In this document: positions 19,706-28,995 of the stretch, piece by piece
Layout: each line of letters begins with the position of its first letter
Numbering within the stretch: position 1 is the stretch's first letter
Assembly (NCBI GenBank): GCA_965216655.1
Contig: CBDCGP010000005.1
Coordinates: 83,329 to 147,328, forward strand
Direction of reading: 5' to 3'
DNA from: Acidimicrobiales bacterium
Lineage (GTDB): Bacteria > Actinomycetota > Acidimicrobiia > Acidimicrobiales > SZUA-35
DNA: 64,000 nucleotides
Translations under genes and position numbers: made by a program
The notes under the pieces: generated by a model
What the model was told of the DNA's origin: nothing
Databases searched by the model: none
The model's input: the letters and a program-made list of their open reading frames with translations, nothing else

Positions 19706-21538
19706 TCAATCCGCTTCGTGGCGGACGGCCCGCTCGGCCGGGCCGATGGTGACATCGCACAGCGTGGCGGCGCTGCCGACGATCCCGATGTGGGAGAAGG
19801 CCTGCGGAAAGTTGCCGAGCTGGCGTCGGGCGCCGGGATCGTACTCCTCGGCCAGCAGGCCAACGTCGTTTCGCAGATCGAGAAGGTGCTCGTAGAGTTG
19901 CCGGGCCTGATCGCGACGGCCGGAGAGCGCCAGGGCATCGACCATCCAGAAGCTGCAGAGCAGGAACGTGCCCTCCTCGCCTCCGACGCCGTCGTCGGAG
20001 CGATCGGTGGCGTAGCGATGGACCAGTCCGTCGGTGGTCAGTTCACGCTGGATGGCTTCGACGGTGGCCGTGACGCGGCGATCGGACGGGGGCAGGAAGC
20101 CGACCACCGGAACGAGCAGGGCCGATGCGTCGAGTACGTCGGAACCGTAGGTCTGGATGAAGACGCCATCGGCGTTCACACCGTTGGCACACACCGTTTC
20201 GTGGATCTCGGCGGCGGTTCGTCGCCATCGGTCGGCGTCACCGGGAAGGCCGCCCTGGTCGATGGTCCGGGCGGCACGATCGAAGGCCACCCACGCCATG
20301 ACCTGGGAGTAGGTGTGCCGGGCGGGCTCGCCCCGAGCCTCCCAGATGCCGTCGTCGGGTCGATTCCAGTTGCCCTCGAGCCAGTCCAGCATGGCCAGTT
20401 GCAGCTGCCAGGCGTTCTCGTCGGGTTCCATCCCGGCCTCACGGGCAAGATGCAGGGTTTCGGCCACCTCGCCGTAGACATCGATCTGTAGCTGATCCCA
20501 GGCGCCGTTGCCAGTGCGGACCGGCCGGGAGCCGGCATAGCCGCTCAGCCAATCGAGCTCGATCTCGGGAAGGCGGCGCTCACCGGTCAGTCCGTACATG
20601 ATCTGAACCCGTCCCGGGTCGCCGGCGATCGCCCGCAGGAGCCAGTCCCGCCACGCGGTTGCCTCCTCGGTGCAGCCCGAGGTGAGCATGGCTCCGAGGG
20701 TGAAGGCGGCGTCCCGCAGCCAGCAGTAGCGGTAGTCCCAGTTGCGCGTGCCGCCGATCCACTCCGGCAGTGATGTGGTCGGTGCGGCGACGAATCCTCC
20801 CGAGGGACGGTGCGACAGTCCCTTGAGCGTCACGAGCGAGGACCGGACGTCGTCGGCGTAGGCTCCCGTATAGGAGATTCTCGCCGCCCAGTCCTGCCAC
20901 CATCGGGTGGCGGCCTCCAGTAGATCGGCGGCGCTGCCGGCCGGTGGGGGCTCGTCGGCCGCTCGATACCAGGTCATCAAGAAGCCGACCCGGTCCCCTG
21001 CGCCGACCGTGAACTCGGCGACGGTCGACATGTCGTCGGGGTGCATGTCGACGTCGGACGTCAGGGTCATGGCGTCGGGGCCGCCGACGGCCAAGATCCC
21101 GCCGTCGATGCGACGGACCCAGGGCACGATGCTGCCGTAGTCGAAGCGGATCCGCAGTTCCGATCTCATGGGAACTTCACCACTGCGACCTTCGACGATT
21201 CGGACGAGCCGATGGGGCTCGGCGTCGTCGTCGGAGACGGTCAGGGCGTCGAAGACGCGGACCGTTCCCGACTCCGTGTTGTGTTCGGTGCACAGCACGA
21301 GTGAGTCCTCGAGATACCACCGGTTGGTTCGGACCCGGTCACCGTTGGCCGCCGGTCCGAGGCTCCAGTGACCGCTGTCATCACCGCCGACGAGACGGGC
21401 GAAGCAGGCCGGCGAGTCGAATCGGGGAAAACACAGCCAGTCGACCGATCCAGCCGACGACACGAGTGCACCGGAGCGGCAGTCGCTGAGGTACGCATAG
21501 TCCTCGATCGGGGGCTGTCGGAACGCAGAGCCGCTCAT
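19706..21538 (-). CDS. Glycoside hydrolase family 15 protein (glucoamylase/trehalase-like), cytoplasmic
   Basis: 610 aa. The N-terminus IEDYAYLSDCRSGALVSSAGSVDWLCFPRFDSP is typical of actinobacterial GH15. It also contains WDYRYCWLRDA. Confidence 0.85.
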   Translation of the reverse strand: MSGSAFRQPPIEDYAYLSDCRSGALVSSAGSVDWLCFPRFDSPACFARLVGGDDSGHWSLGPAANGDRVRTNRWYLEDSLVLCTEHNTESGTVRVFDALTVSDDDAEPHRLVRIVEGRSGEVPMRSELRIRFDYGSIVPWVRRIDGGILAVGGPDAMTLTSDVDMHPDDMSTVAEFTVGAGDRVGFLMTWYRAADEPPPAGSAADLLEAATRWWQDWAARISYTGAYADDVRSSLVTLKGLSHRPSGGFVAAPTTSLPEWIGGTRNWDYRYCWLRDAAFTLGAMLTSGCTEEATAWRDWLLRAIAGDPGRVQIMYGLTGERRLPEIELDWLSGYAGSRPVRTGNGAWDQLQIDVYGEVAETLHLAREAGMEPDENAWQLQLAMLDWLEGNWNRPDDGIWEARGEPARHTYSQVMAWVAFDRAARTIDQGGLPGDADRWRRTAAEIHETVCANGVNADGVFIQTYGSDVLDASALLVPVVGFLPPSDRRVTATVEAIQRELTTDGLVHRYATDRSDDGVGGEEGTFLLCSFWMVDALALSGRRDQARQLYEHLLDLRNDVGLLAEEYDPGARRQLGNFPQAFSHIGIVGSAATLCDVTIGPAERAVRHEAD

Positions 21539-21566
21539 TACTGGCTGTCCATGGTGACCCCACCCA

Positions 21567-23072
21567 TTATGGCGTCCGATACCGGGGGCGAAACGCCAGG
21601 AGTGATTCGCCGAGACCTCCGGGTCGGCTGGAGCCGAGCCAGGCGGCGGCCTGGGCGTGGCGGACGGCCTCCACCTCGTCGGCGCCTACCGCCTCGCCAC
21701 GCAGATGGCGGAGCGCGAGCATGGCGGCGCTGCACGCCGCGGTCAGCTCGGCGGCGATGATGCGCCCCCGTTCGGTGGCGGGGCTGAGCTCGGGCCAGCG
21801 ACGGTTGGCGTCGGTCAACACTTCCATCGCCGCTCGGACCGCCTCGTCGTCGAGGTCGCCGACCACGGGGAACAGCACGTCGAAGACGGCGGCGCCCAGC
21901 GGTGTGCCGTTGGCCGTCCACGCACCGAGGTTCTCGCCAAGGTGTCCAACGCGGTCGAGCAGTGCACCGAATCCCGGCCGGGCACCGAGGAGATCGTCCA
22001 CGATCGAACCCACGTCGAGCCTGTTCTCACCGGGGCCGAGAACCGCGGCACCGTGCCACGCGGCGTGGGCGGCCCGGACGATCGACGGCACCGACACCAC
22101 CAATGGTTGCCAGTGACCGTGGTCGCCCCAGTCACAGAGCATCATCGCACGGGCGCCACGTCGGGTGCCGACCGCCACCGCGTCGGCGATGTTGGCCGCG
22201 GCGTTGGCGTTGCGACCGATCAACGTGGCCCACGACGAGGTTCCGGCCGCCACCCGGAACGGCACCGCGGCATCGACCAGCAGTCGAACATGGGCCTCGA
22301 ACCCGTCAGCGGCGTCGTCGGGCAACCCGAGACGGTCCTCGAACGCGGCCGGCAGCAGACCTCGCCAGCTGCGGCCCGGAGCCTCGTAGTTCCAGCCAAC
22401 GACGGTCACCCCGTCGGGCACCCACTCCACCGCCTCGGCATCCCGGCGGAACTGGTCACCCCAGATCATCACCTCGAGGCCGTCGGCCACCAGCGGTTCG
22501 ATGATGCGCCGGAGATGTGCTCGATAGACGACGCCTCGGCCGAGACGGTCGACTTGCGCCCGGGATCGGCCAAGGCCCAACTCGAACGGTTCGTCGCCGC
22601 CGATCATGACGCGACCGGCGCCGGTAGCCTCGACCAGCCGGCGGGCCAGGCCAATGGCGAAGTCGGCGTTGTCGGCCGTCGGCGCCAGACACGACGGCGG
22701 AGCTGTGCCATCGCCCACCAGCGAGGGATATCCATCGGGACACTCGGCCCGATCCCGGTACCGATCATGGGCCAGCCATCGCTCCATGTGCCCGAAGCAG
22801 TTGAGGCTGGGGACCAGCTCGATACCGGCGTCGGCCGCCCGCCGCCGGAGCCAGGCCATGTCGTCGCCGGTGAGGGCCGATGCGTCGGCCCACACGGTCT
22901 CGTGCCCGGGGTGGGCAAAGGTGTGTTCGATGTAGAGGTGAAGTTCGGTGTAGCGCAGGCGGCCCAGGAGATCGATGAGCCAACCGAGCGTGTCGAGGGT
23001 CGGTACCCGATCCCTCGACACGTCGAGCTGGAATGCCCGCCGGGTCAGGACCGGATCACCGTTGAAGTCCAT
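21567..23072 (-). CDS. GH20-like (beta-N-acetylhexosaminidase catalytic-domain family) protein, no signal peptide
   Basis: 501 aa. It contains RAFQLDVSRD, YTELHLYIEHTF, VPSLNCFGHM and the adjacent D-E pair in MIGGDEPFE. The start lies 15 nt after the selD stop. Confidence 0.7.
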   Translation of the reverse strand: MDFNGDPVLTRRAFQLDVSRDRVPTLDTLGWLIDLLGRLRYTELHLYIEHTFAHPGHETVWADASALTGDDMAWLRRRAADAGIELVPSLNCFGHMERWLAHDRYRDRAECPDGYPSLVGDGTAPPSCLAPTADNADFAIGLARRLVEATGAGRVMIGGDEPFELGLGRSRAQVDRLGRGVVYRAHLRRIIEPLVADGLEVMIWGDQFRRDAEAVEWVPDGVTVVGWNYEAPGRSWRGLLPAAFEDRLGLPDDAADGFEAHVRLLVDAAVPFRVAAGTSSWATLIGRNANAAANIADAVAVGTRRGARAMMLCDWGDHGHWQPLVVSVPSIVRAAHAAWHGAAVLGPGENRLDVGSIVDDLLGARPGFGALLDRVGHLGENLGAWTANGTPLGAAVFDVLFPVVGDLDDEAVRAAMEVLTDANRRWPELSPATERGRIIAAELTAACSAAMLALRHLRGEAVGADEVEAVRHAQAAAWLGSSRPGGLGESLLAFRPRYRTP

Positions 23073-23087
23073 CGGGGCCGGATGCCG

Positions 23088-24131
23088 TCAGGCCAGTTTG
23101 AACAACGGTTCGCCTTCAGAGATCGAGCCGATCCTGGCCGCCGTGTGGCCACTGTCGGCCAAAGCCCCCAGCACCGACTCGGTTTCACCGGGGTCGACGC
23201 CGAACACCAGCCCGCCCGAGGTCTGGGCATCGGCGATCAACAGCTGCGATCGCTCGTCGTGGGAGCCGGGGTCGAGCAGCTCAGCACCCCACGCCAGGTT
23301 GCGCCGGCTGCCTCCCGGCACCATACCTTCGGCCGCCAGATCGGCGGCCCCGGGCAGGAACGGAACGGCGTCGAACTCGACCGTCACCCGGACCTGGGAC
23401 TCCACGGCCATCCGCCCGAGGTGGCCGAGCAGGCCGAACCCGGTGACGTCGGTGCAGCCGGTCGCCCCGGCCTCGACGGCCACCCGGGAGGCGACGTCGT
23501 TGATCCGGGTCATCGAGGCGATGGCCGCCTCGGCCACCTCCGCCGGCGCGACATCGGCCTTGATGGCGGTGGTGATGACGCCGACACCGAGTGGTTTGGT
23601 CAGGATCAGATCCTGGCCCGGCTGAAGGCCGGCGTTGGTGAGGATCCGATCGGGGTGGACCTCCCCGGTGACCGACATGCCGTACTTGGGTTCCGGGTCG
23701 TCGATGGTGTGACCGCCCACGATGGCGAACCCGGCGGCGGTGGCGATGTCCTGGCCGCCGGCGAGGAGTTCACCGAGGAGCGAGGTGGGGAGCGCGTCGG
23801 TGTTCCAGCCCACCAGGTTCAGCGCGAACAGGGGGCGGCCACCCATGGCGTAGACGTCGGAGACGCTGTTGGCCGCGGCCACCCGGCCCCACGTGCGAGC
23901 GTCGTCGACGACGGGGGTGATGAAATCGGCGGTCGAGATGAGGGCCCGGTTGTCGTCCAGTTTCCAGACGGCGGCGTCGTCACCGGTGTCGGTGCCGACC
24001 AGGAGTTCGGCCGGTTGGTCGGGGTGCAGGTCGCGCACGACGTGCGCGAGCTCGCCGGGGGCGAGCTTGCAGCCTCAACCGGCGCCGTGGCTGAACTGGG
24101 TGAGACGGTGGGTCACGTGTTCGTCGGTCAC
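23088..24131 (-). CDS. selD: Selenophosphate synthetase (SelD/SenC), Sec-containing, with in-frame UGA at 24077-24075
   Basis: The track ORF (23088-24038) is clearly SelD (GTDTGDDAAVW, AANSVSDVYAMGG). Extending upstream in frame gives VTDEHVTHRLTQFSHGAG-TGA-GCKLAPGELAHVVRDLH. This equals the E. coli LTQYSHGAGCGCKI loop with Sec in place of Cys17. GTG start at 24131. Confidence 0.9.
24033..24067 (-). promoter_or_regulatory. Candidate SECIS region for the selD UGA (two adjacent hairpins)
   Basis: The mRNA downstream of the UGA carries AGCUCGCC-ccc-GGCGAGCU (24067-24049) and GCGCAC-guc-GUGCGC (24047-24033). Confidence 0.4.
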
Positions 24132-24172
24132 AGCATTCAGGCTAGCCAGGCCGGCACTGGTACGGTTTTTCC

Positions 24173-25471
24173 ATGGCACTGGAGACCTGGGTCGACAGCG
24201 ACGATCTTGCCGAGTGGGTGCAGGACGCCACCGAGTATCTGATCGGAACCGTGGCCGATTTCGACCACGACGACGAGCGCTGGATGGGCCCGTATCTGCC
24301 GATAGTCAACCCGCCCATCTGGGAGCTGGCCCATGTCGGCTGGTTCGCCGAGTGGTTCGTGCTCCGCCAGTTGCACGGTCGCGATCCGCTCATGGAGAAC
24401 GTCGACGAACGCTACGACTCGGCGTTGGTGGCCCACAAGACCCGATGGCAGCTCGACTACCCCGACTCGGCCCGCACCATCGACTACGTCCGCCGGGTGG
24501 CCGACGGGTTGGTCGACGTCGTCGGCAACGACGGCGGCCTCGACTCCACCGCCTACTACGTCGCCTACGCCGTCATGCATCACGACGCCCATTGCGAGGC
24601 GCTCACCTACACCCGCCAGACCCTCGATTGGGGGCCACGCCCCGGCGGCTCCGCGTCTGAACCGGTCACCGGGGAACCGATCTCCGGCGATCGACGGGTG
24701 GGCGGCGGTCGGGTCCTCCTCGGGGCGTCCCGGAAGCAGCCCTTCGTCATGGACAACGAGAAGTGGGCCCACCCGGTGCAGGTCGACGAGTTCGATCTGG
24801 CTGTCGCCCCGGTCACCGTGGCCGATTTCGCAGCCTTCGTCGACGACGGCGGTTATGGCAACGACACCGTGTGGTCACCCGACGGCCTGACCTGGCGCCA
24901 TGATACCGGCGCCACCGAACCGGCGTACTGGCGCCGTGGCGCCGATGGCTGGGAACGCCGCATCGGTGCCGACTGGCAGCCGATCGCCGACACCGCCGAC
25001 CATCCGATGGTGCACGTCAGCTGGTGGGAGGCCGAGGCCTGGTGCACCTGGGCCGGGCGGCGGCTGCCCACCGAGGCCGAGTGGGAGGCGGCCGCCACCA
25101 CCACGCCGTCGGGCGAACGGCTTCCCTGGTTCCCGTGGGGCGGACGGGATCCGCTCCCCTCCGAGGCGGCGCTCGACGGCCGGACCGGCGGCACCGTACC
25201 GGTCGGAGCCTTCGGAGCCGGCGACGGTCCGTGGGGCCACCGGCAGCTCATCGGCAACGTCTGGGAGTGGACGGCCACCACGTTCGGCCCGTATCCCCAC
25301 TTCGAGCCCGACGCCTACCGCGACAACTCCGAGCCGTGGTTCGGCACCCGCAAGGTGCTGCGGGGCGGATCGTGGGCCACCCGCAACCGCTACGTGCGGT
25401 CGACCTACCGCAACTACTTCACCCCTGACCGGCGCGACGTCTACGCCGGATTCCGCACCTGCCCACGGTGA
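24173..25471 (+). CDS. senA: EgtB-like DinB_2 + FGE-sulfatase-domain C-S/C-Se bond-forming enzyme; SenA-type (selenoneine synthase) by context
   Basis: 432 aa. The N-terminal DinB-like part has WELAHVGWFAEWF and VMHHDAHCEAL. The C-terminal FGE part has HPMVHVSWWEAEAWCTWAGRRLPTEAEWE, GNVWEWT and RGGSW. It is divergent from selD and followed by a GT-B gene. No egtA/C/D neighbours. Confidence 0.7.
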   Translation: MALETWVDSDDLAEWVQDATEYLIGTVADFDHDDERWMGPYLPIVNPPIWELAHVGWFAEWFVLRQLHGRDPLMENVDERYDSALVAHKTRWQLDYPDSARTIDYVRRVADGLVDVVGNDGGLDSTAYYVAYAVMHHDAHCEALTYTRQTLDWGPRPGGSASEPVTGEPISGDRRVGGGRVLLGASRKQPFVMDNEKWAHPVQVDEFDLAVAPVTVADFAAFVDDGGYGNDTVWSPDGLTWRHDTGATEPAYWRRGADGWERRIGADWQPIADTADHPMVHVSWWEAEAWCTWAGRRLPTEAEWEAAATTTPSGERLPWFPWGGRDPLPSEAALDGRTGGTVPVGAFGAGDGPWGHRQLIGNVWEWTATTFGPYPHFEPDAYRDNSEPWFGTRKVLRGGSWATRNRYVRSTYRNYFTPDRRDVYAGFRTCPR

Positions 25472-25508
25472 CCACCAGCCGGCCCGTTCGCCCGGCGGTC
25501 GCAGTGAC

Positions 25509-26511
25509 GTGAGCGGTCGCTCCATCGTCATCGCCGCCCCGATCCGGCCGACGGCCCGGTCGGGCAACGACGTGACCGCCGGTCGTTGGGCTGATCATCT
25601 CGAGCGGCTCGGCCACCACGTCACGGTCGTGGCGGCCGACGAGCAGGCCGACCGGCCCGACGAGGAGACGGCTGCGCTGCTCGACGCCGCCGACATGCTG
25701 ATCGCCATCCATGCCCGGCGGTCCGCTCCGGTCATTGCCTGGTGGGCCGACCGGCATCCGGACCGACCGGTCGTCGTCGCCCTCAGCGGAACCGACCTCT
25801 ACGGTGATTTGCCGACCAGCGATGGCGCAGTGGCCTCGGTGGAGCGCGCCTCGGCACTCATCGTGCTCCAGCGGGCGGCGGCGGAGCGAGTGGCCGGCCT
25901 GAGGGCCGAGTGGGGTGACAAGACCACGGTGATCCATCAGTCGGTGGCGCCGCCGTTGCCGCCCCGCCGACCGGCGGACGACGAGCTCAGGGTCGTGGTG
26001 CTGGCCCATCTCCGGTCGGTCAAGGACCCGCTGTTGACGGCAAGGGCGGCCCGACACCTCGACCCGGCGAGCCGGGTCACCGTCCACCACGCGGGACAGG
26101 CCTTCGACCGGCGATGGGAGGAGGAGGCGATCGAGGAGCAGGCCGCCAACCCCCGCTACCACTGGCACCGCGAACTCGACCGGGACGCCGCACTCGAACT
26201 GCTCGCCACCGGTCGCGCCCTGGCCTGCACGTCGCTGACCGAGGGAGGCGCCAACGTCGTCACCGAAGCCATTGGCCCTCGGCGTGCCCGTCATCGGCAC
26301 CCGGATCGACGGCAACACCGGGTTGCTGGGTCATGACTACCCCGGGCTGATACCGGTCCGCGATGTGGAGGCCATGGCCGACCTGCTGCGTCGCCTCGAA
26401 ACCGATCCCCTGCTGTTGGCCGAGCTGCAGCGCCGCACCAATGAGCTGAAACCCATCACCGACCCGGCCGCCGAGCGGGCCGGTCTGGCCGCGGTGCTCG
26501 CCTCCCTCTGA
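25509..26511 (+). CDS. senB: GT-B glycosyltransferase, SenB-type (selenosugar synthase) by context; split by a 1-nt frameshift near 26275 as assembled
   Basis: GTG 25509 lies 38 nt after senA. Frame 1 reads up to ...TEGGANVVTEAI. Frame 2 (26272 ORF) continues ALGVPVIGTRIDGNTGLLG, restoring the canonical GT-B motif E-A-x-A-x-G-x-P-V. Removing one G (26274-75) or one C (26276-78) repairs the frame. Confidence 0.65.
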
Positions 26512-28233
26512 TCAGCGGATGGATCGGCGAATCGCGGCCGACGCGAAATCGACGGCCACGGTGACCACGAACAGCGCCACGATGGTGGCCAGAATGCCGT
26601 CGTAGTTGAACGACGCCGTCTGTTCGTCGAGGCGGCGGCCGAGGCCGGCGGCGCCGACGACGCCCACGATGACCGTCTCCCGGATCGCCACCTCCCACCG
26701 GTAGAGACCGAGGGCGACGAACCGTCCGGCCACCGCAGGCACGGTGGCCAGTGTGAACGACCCGGCGGCGGTGGCCCCGGTGGCGGCCAGGATCCGGGCC
26801 GGGCGTTGGTCATGGTTCTCCAGCACCTCGCCTTGGAGCCGACCCAGCACGCCTGTGTTGTAGACCGCCAGCGCCACGGCCCCGGGCCACAGTCCGGGAA
26901 ACAGCACGAAGACCGTGATGAAGGCCCACACCGGCGGCGGCACCGAGCGGGCCACGAGCAGGACGAACCGGACGATGGCGGCCAGTGCGCTGCGGACCGC
27001 CGCCCCCACACCGGACGCCGCCCGGCGGGGGCGTTGGGCGACGAAGGCCACAGGAGACGCCATGGCGAAAGCCAGGCCGATCGACAGGATGGCCAAGGCG
27101 ATGGTGTCGAGCGAGTCGTCGACGAGTTCCCGCAAACCGCCCGCGCCGATCTCGGGAGGCCAGCTGTCCTCAACCAGTTCGCCGGCCAGCAGCCGGGCCC
27201 GGTCGTCCCACAACGTCGAGACGTCGATGCCGAGCCGCCAGTAGGCGATCGGCAGCGAAACGGTGAGCAGCAGCGCGCTGAAGCGCAGGAACCGGTCGTT
27301 GTTCGGACGGCCGTTGGTCCGGGTGGTCCGCGTGGCCGGGGAGGCCAGGCTGGAGCCGGTGGTCTCGGCCACCGAAACGTGGGTCTCGGCGGCCAGGGCG
27401 TTGCGCCGCCGCCGGACCGCCGATGACCAACGGTCGGCGATACCGGACAGGATGATGAGCGCCCACAGCAGGGTCCACATCTCGTCATAGCGCAGCGATT
27501 GGAATGAGAGCGCCAGCTGGAATCCGAGTCCGCCGGCCCCGACGATCCCGAGCACGGCGGCGCTGCGAAGGCTGCACTCGAAGCGGTAGAACGCGTACGA
27601 GAGCAGGTCGCTCAGCGCCTGGGGGATGGTGGCGAAGGTGAGGGCGACGACCCGGCCGGCACCGGCGGCTCGCATGGAACGCTCGGCGTCACCGGACACC
27701 TCGTCGATCAGTTCGGCGAAGACCTTGGCGGTGACCGCGCCGAACGGGATGCCGATGGCCAGCACGGCGACAAGGGGGTTGAGACCGAGGATGTTGACGA
27801 GGATCAGTCCGAACACGACCTCGTGCATCGAGCGGGGGATGACCATCAGGGTCCGGCCGACCATCCAGCCGAGCCGACCACGGCCCATCGTGCCGTGGAT
27901 CGGCGTCCAGATCCGTTCGGTGAGCAGCGGGCCGAACACCATGCCGATGGCCACGGCCAGCGCGGTGCCCAGGAGCGCATAGCCCACCGTCACCGCCGAC
28001 TCCCGCAGGGTCAGCTCCAGCATTTCGGCGCTGAGGTCGGGGCGGACCATGGCGGCGAAGAAGGCGGTGACCTGCGACCAGCCCCGTTCGTTGATCAGCT
28101 CGGAGGGATCGGCGCCGGCCTTGGCCACCGACCAGGCCACCAGTCCGGCGACGACGGCCGCCCACCATCGCCGGTCCCGCCGCACCGGGCGCTGCGCGAT
28201 GACGACCGGGCGACGTTCGAGAACGGTCGTCAC
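26512..28233 (-). CDS. phnE: Phosphonate-type ABC transporter permease (fused double PhnE)
   Basis: 573 aa, made of two PhnE-like halves. It is convergent and abutting senB. GTGA-type overlap with phnC. Confidence 0.85.
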   Translation of the reverse strand: MTTVLERRPVVIAQRPVRRDRRWWAAVVAGLVAWSVAKAGADPSELINERGWSQVTAFFAAMVRPDLSAEMLELTLRESAVTVGYALLGTALAVAIGMVFGPLLTERIWTPIHGTMGRGRLGWMVGRTLMVIPRSMHEVVFGLILVNILGLNPLVAVLAIGIPFGAVTAKVFAELIDEVSGDAERSMRAAGAGRVVALTFATIPQALSDLLSYAFYRFECSLRSAAVLGIVGAGGLGFQLALSFQSLRYDEMWTLLWALIILSGIADRWSSAVRRRRNALAAETHVSVAETTGSSLASPATRTTRTNGRPNNDRFLRFSALLLTVSLPIAYWRLGIDVSTLWDDRARLLAGELVEDSWPPEIGAGGLRELVDDSLDTIALAILSIGLAFAMASPVAFVAQRPRRAASGVGAAVRSALAAIVRFVLLVARSVPPPVWAFITVFVLFPGLWPGAVALAVYNTGVLGRLQGEVLENHDQRPARILAATGATAAGSFTLATVPAVAGRFVALGLYRWEVAIRETVIVGVVGAAGLGRRLDEQTASFNYDGILATIVALFVVTVAVDFASAAIRRSIR

Positions 28234-28988
28234 GCCGGAGTGGGCTGGTCGAGCAGGTAGAGCTCGGTCAGCATCGCCTCGTCGACCTCGGCCGCCGGCA
28301 GATCGAAGTGCAGCCGGCCGTCACGGAGGGCGACGATGCGGTCGCAATGCCGGAGGGCCAGGGGGGCGTCGTGCATGCTGGCGACCATCCCCCGCCCGGC
28401 TTGTCGGGCCATGCGGGCCAGCACCGTCATCACCGCGTCGGACCGGGAGGGGTCGAGCGCACTGACCGGTTCGTCGGCCAGCAACAGGTCGGGCTCCTGG
28501 AACAGGGCGCGGGCGATGGCCGTCCGCTGTTGCTGGCCGCCGGAGAGTTGGTCGGCCCGCTCCCACAGCTTCTCGGCGATGCCGACGGAGTCGAGCGCGG
28601 CCGAGATCTCGTCGATCGGGGTGGGGCGGACGAGAGCCCGAGCGGCTCTGGCCCACGACCAGCGTCCCAACCGGCCGGCGGCCACGTTGCTCGCCACCCG
28701 CAGCGGCCCGACGAGCGCGAAGTCCTGGCTGATCAGCCCGATCCGGCTGCGATGGTGGCGGTGGGATCGACGGCCGAGCGCGGTGCTGTCCACGCCGAGC
28801 ACCTCGACCCGCCCGGCGCTGGGCAGCACGAGCCCGGCGGCCAGCGACAACACGGTTGACTTGCCGGCGCCCGACGGGCCGACCAGCGCGACCAGCTCAC
28901 CGGCGGCGACCGACAGCGTGAGCCCGTCGACCGCCGCCGGGTCGGAACCGGGATACTGCACGGTGACGTCGTCGAACCGGACGAGCAC
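28230..28988 (-). CDS. phnC: Phosphonate-type ABC transporter ATP-binding protein
   Basis: 252 aa. It has Walker A (GPSGAGKST), the signature LSGGQQQR, Walker B (LLLADEP) and a PhnC-like insert region. Confidence 0.9.
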   Translation of the reverse strand: MLVRFDDVTVQYPGSDPAAVDGLTLSVAAGELVALVGPSGAGKSTVLSLAAGLVLPSAGRVEVLGVDSTALGRRSHRHHRSRIGLISQDFALVGPLRVASNVAAGRLGRWSWARAARALVRPTPIDEISAALDSVGIAEKLWERADQLSGGQQQRTAIARALFQEPDLLLADEPVSALDPSRSDAVMTVLARMARQAGRGMVASMHDAPLALRHCDRIVALRDGRLHFDLPAAEVDEAMLTELYLLDQPTPA

Positions 28989-28995
28989 GTTTTTC

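Noticed and set aside
21657-24242. 861-aa plus-strand ORF spanning the GH20/selD region
   Set aside because: It lies antisense to two well-supported genes, has low-complexity R/G/P/H composition and shows no family motifs.
24173-25471. Ordinary ergothioneine EgtB
   Set aside because: This is not excluded on sequence alone. I consider it less likely because egtA/C/D/E are absent and the neighbours are selD and a GT-B glycosyltransferase. It is kept as the alternative to test in finding 1.
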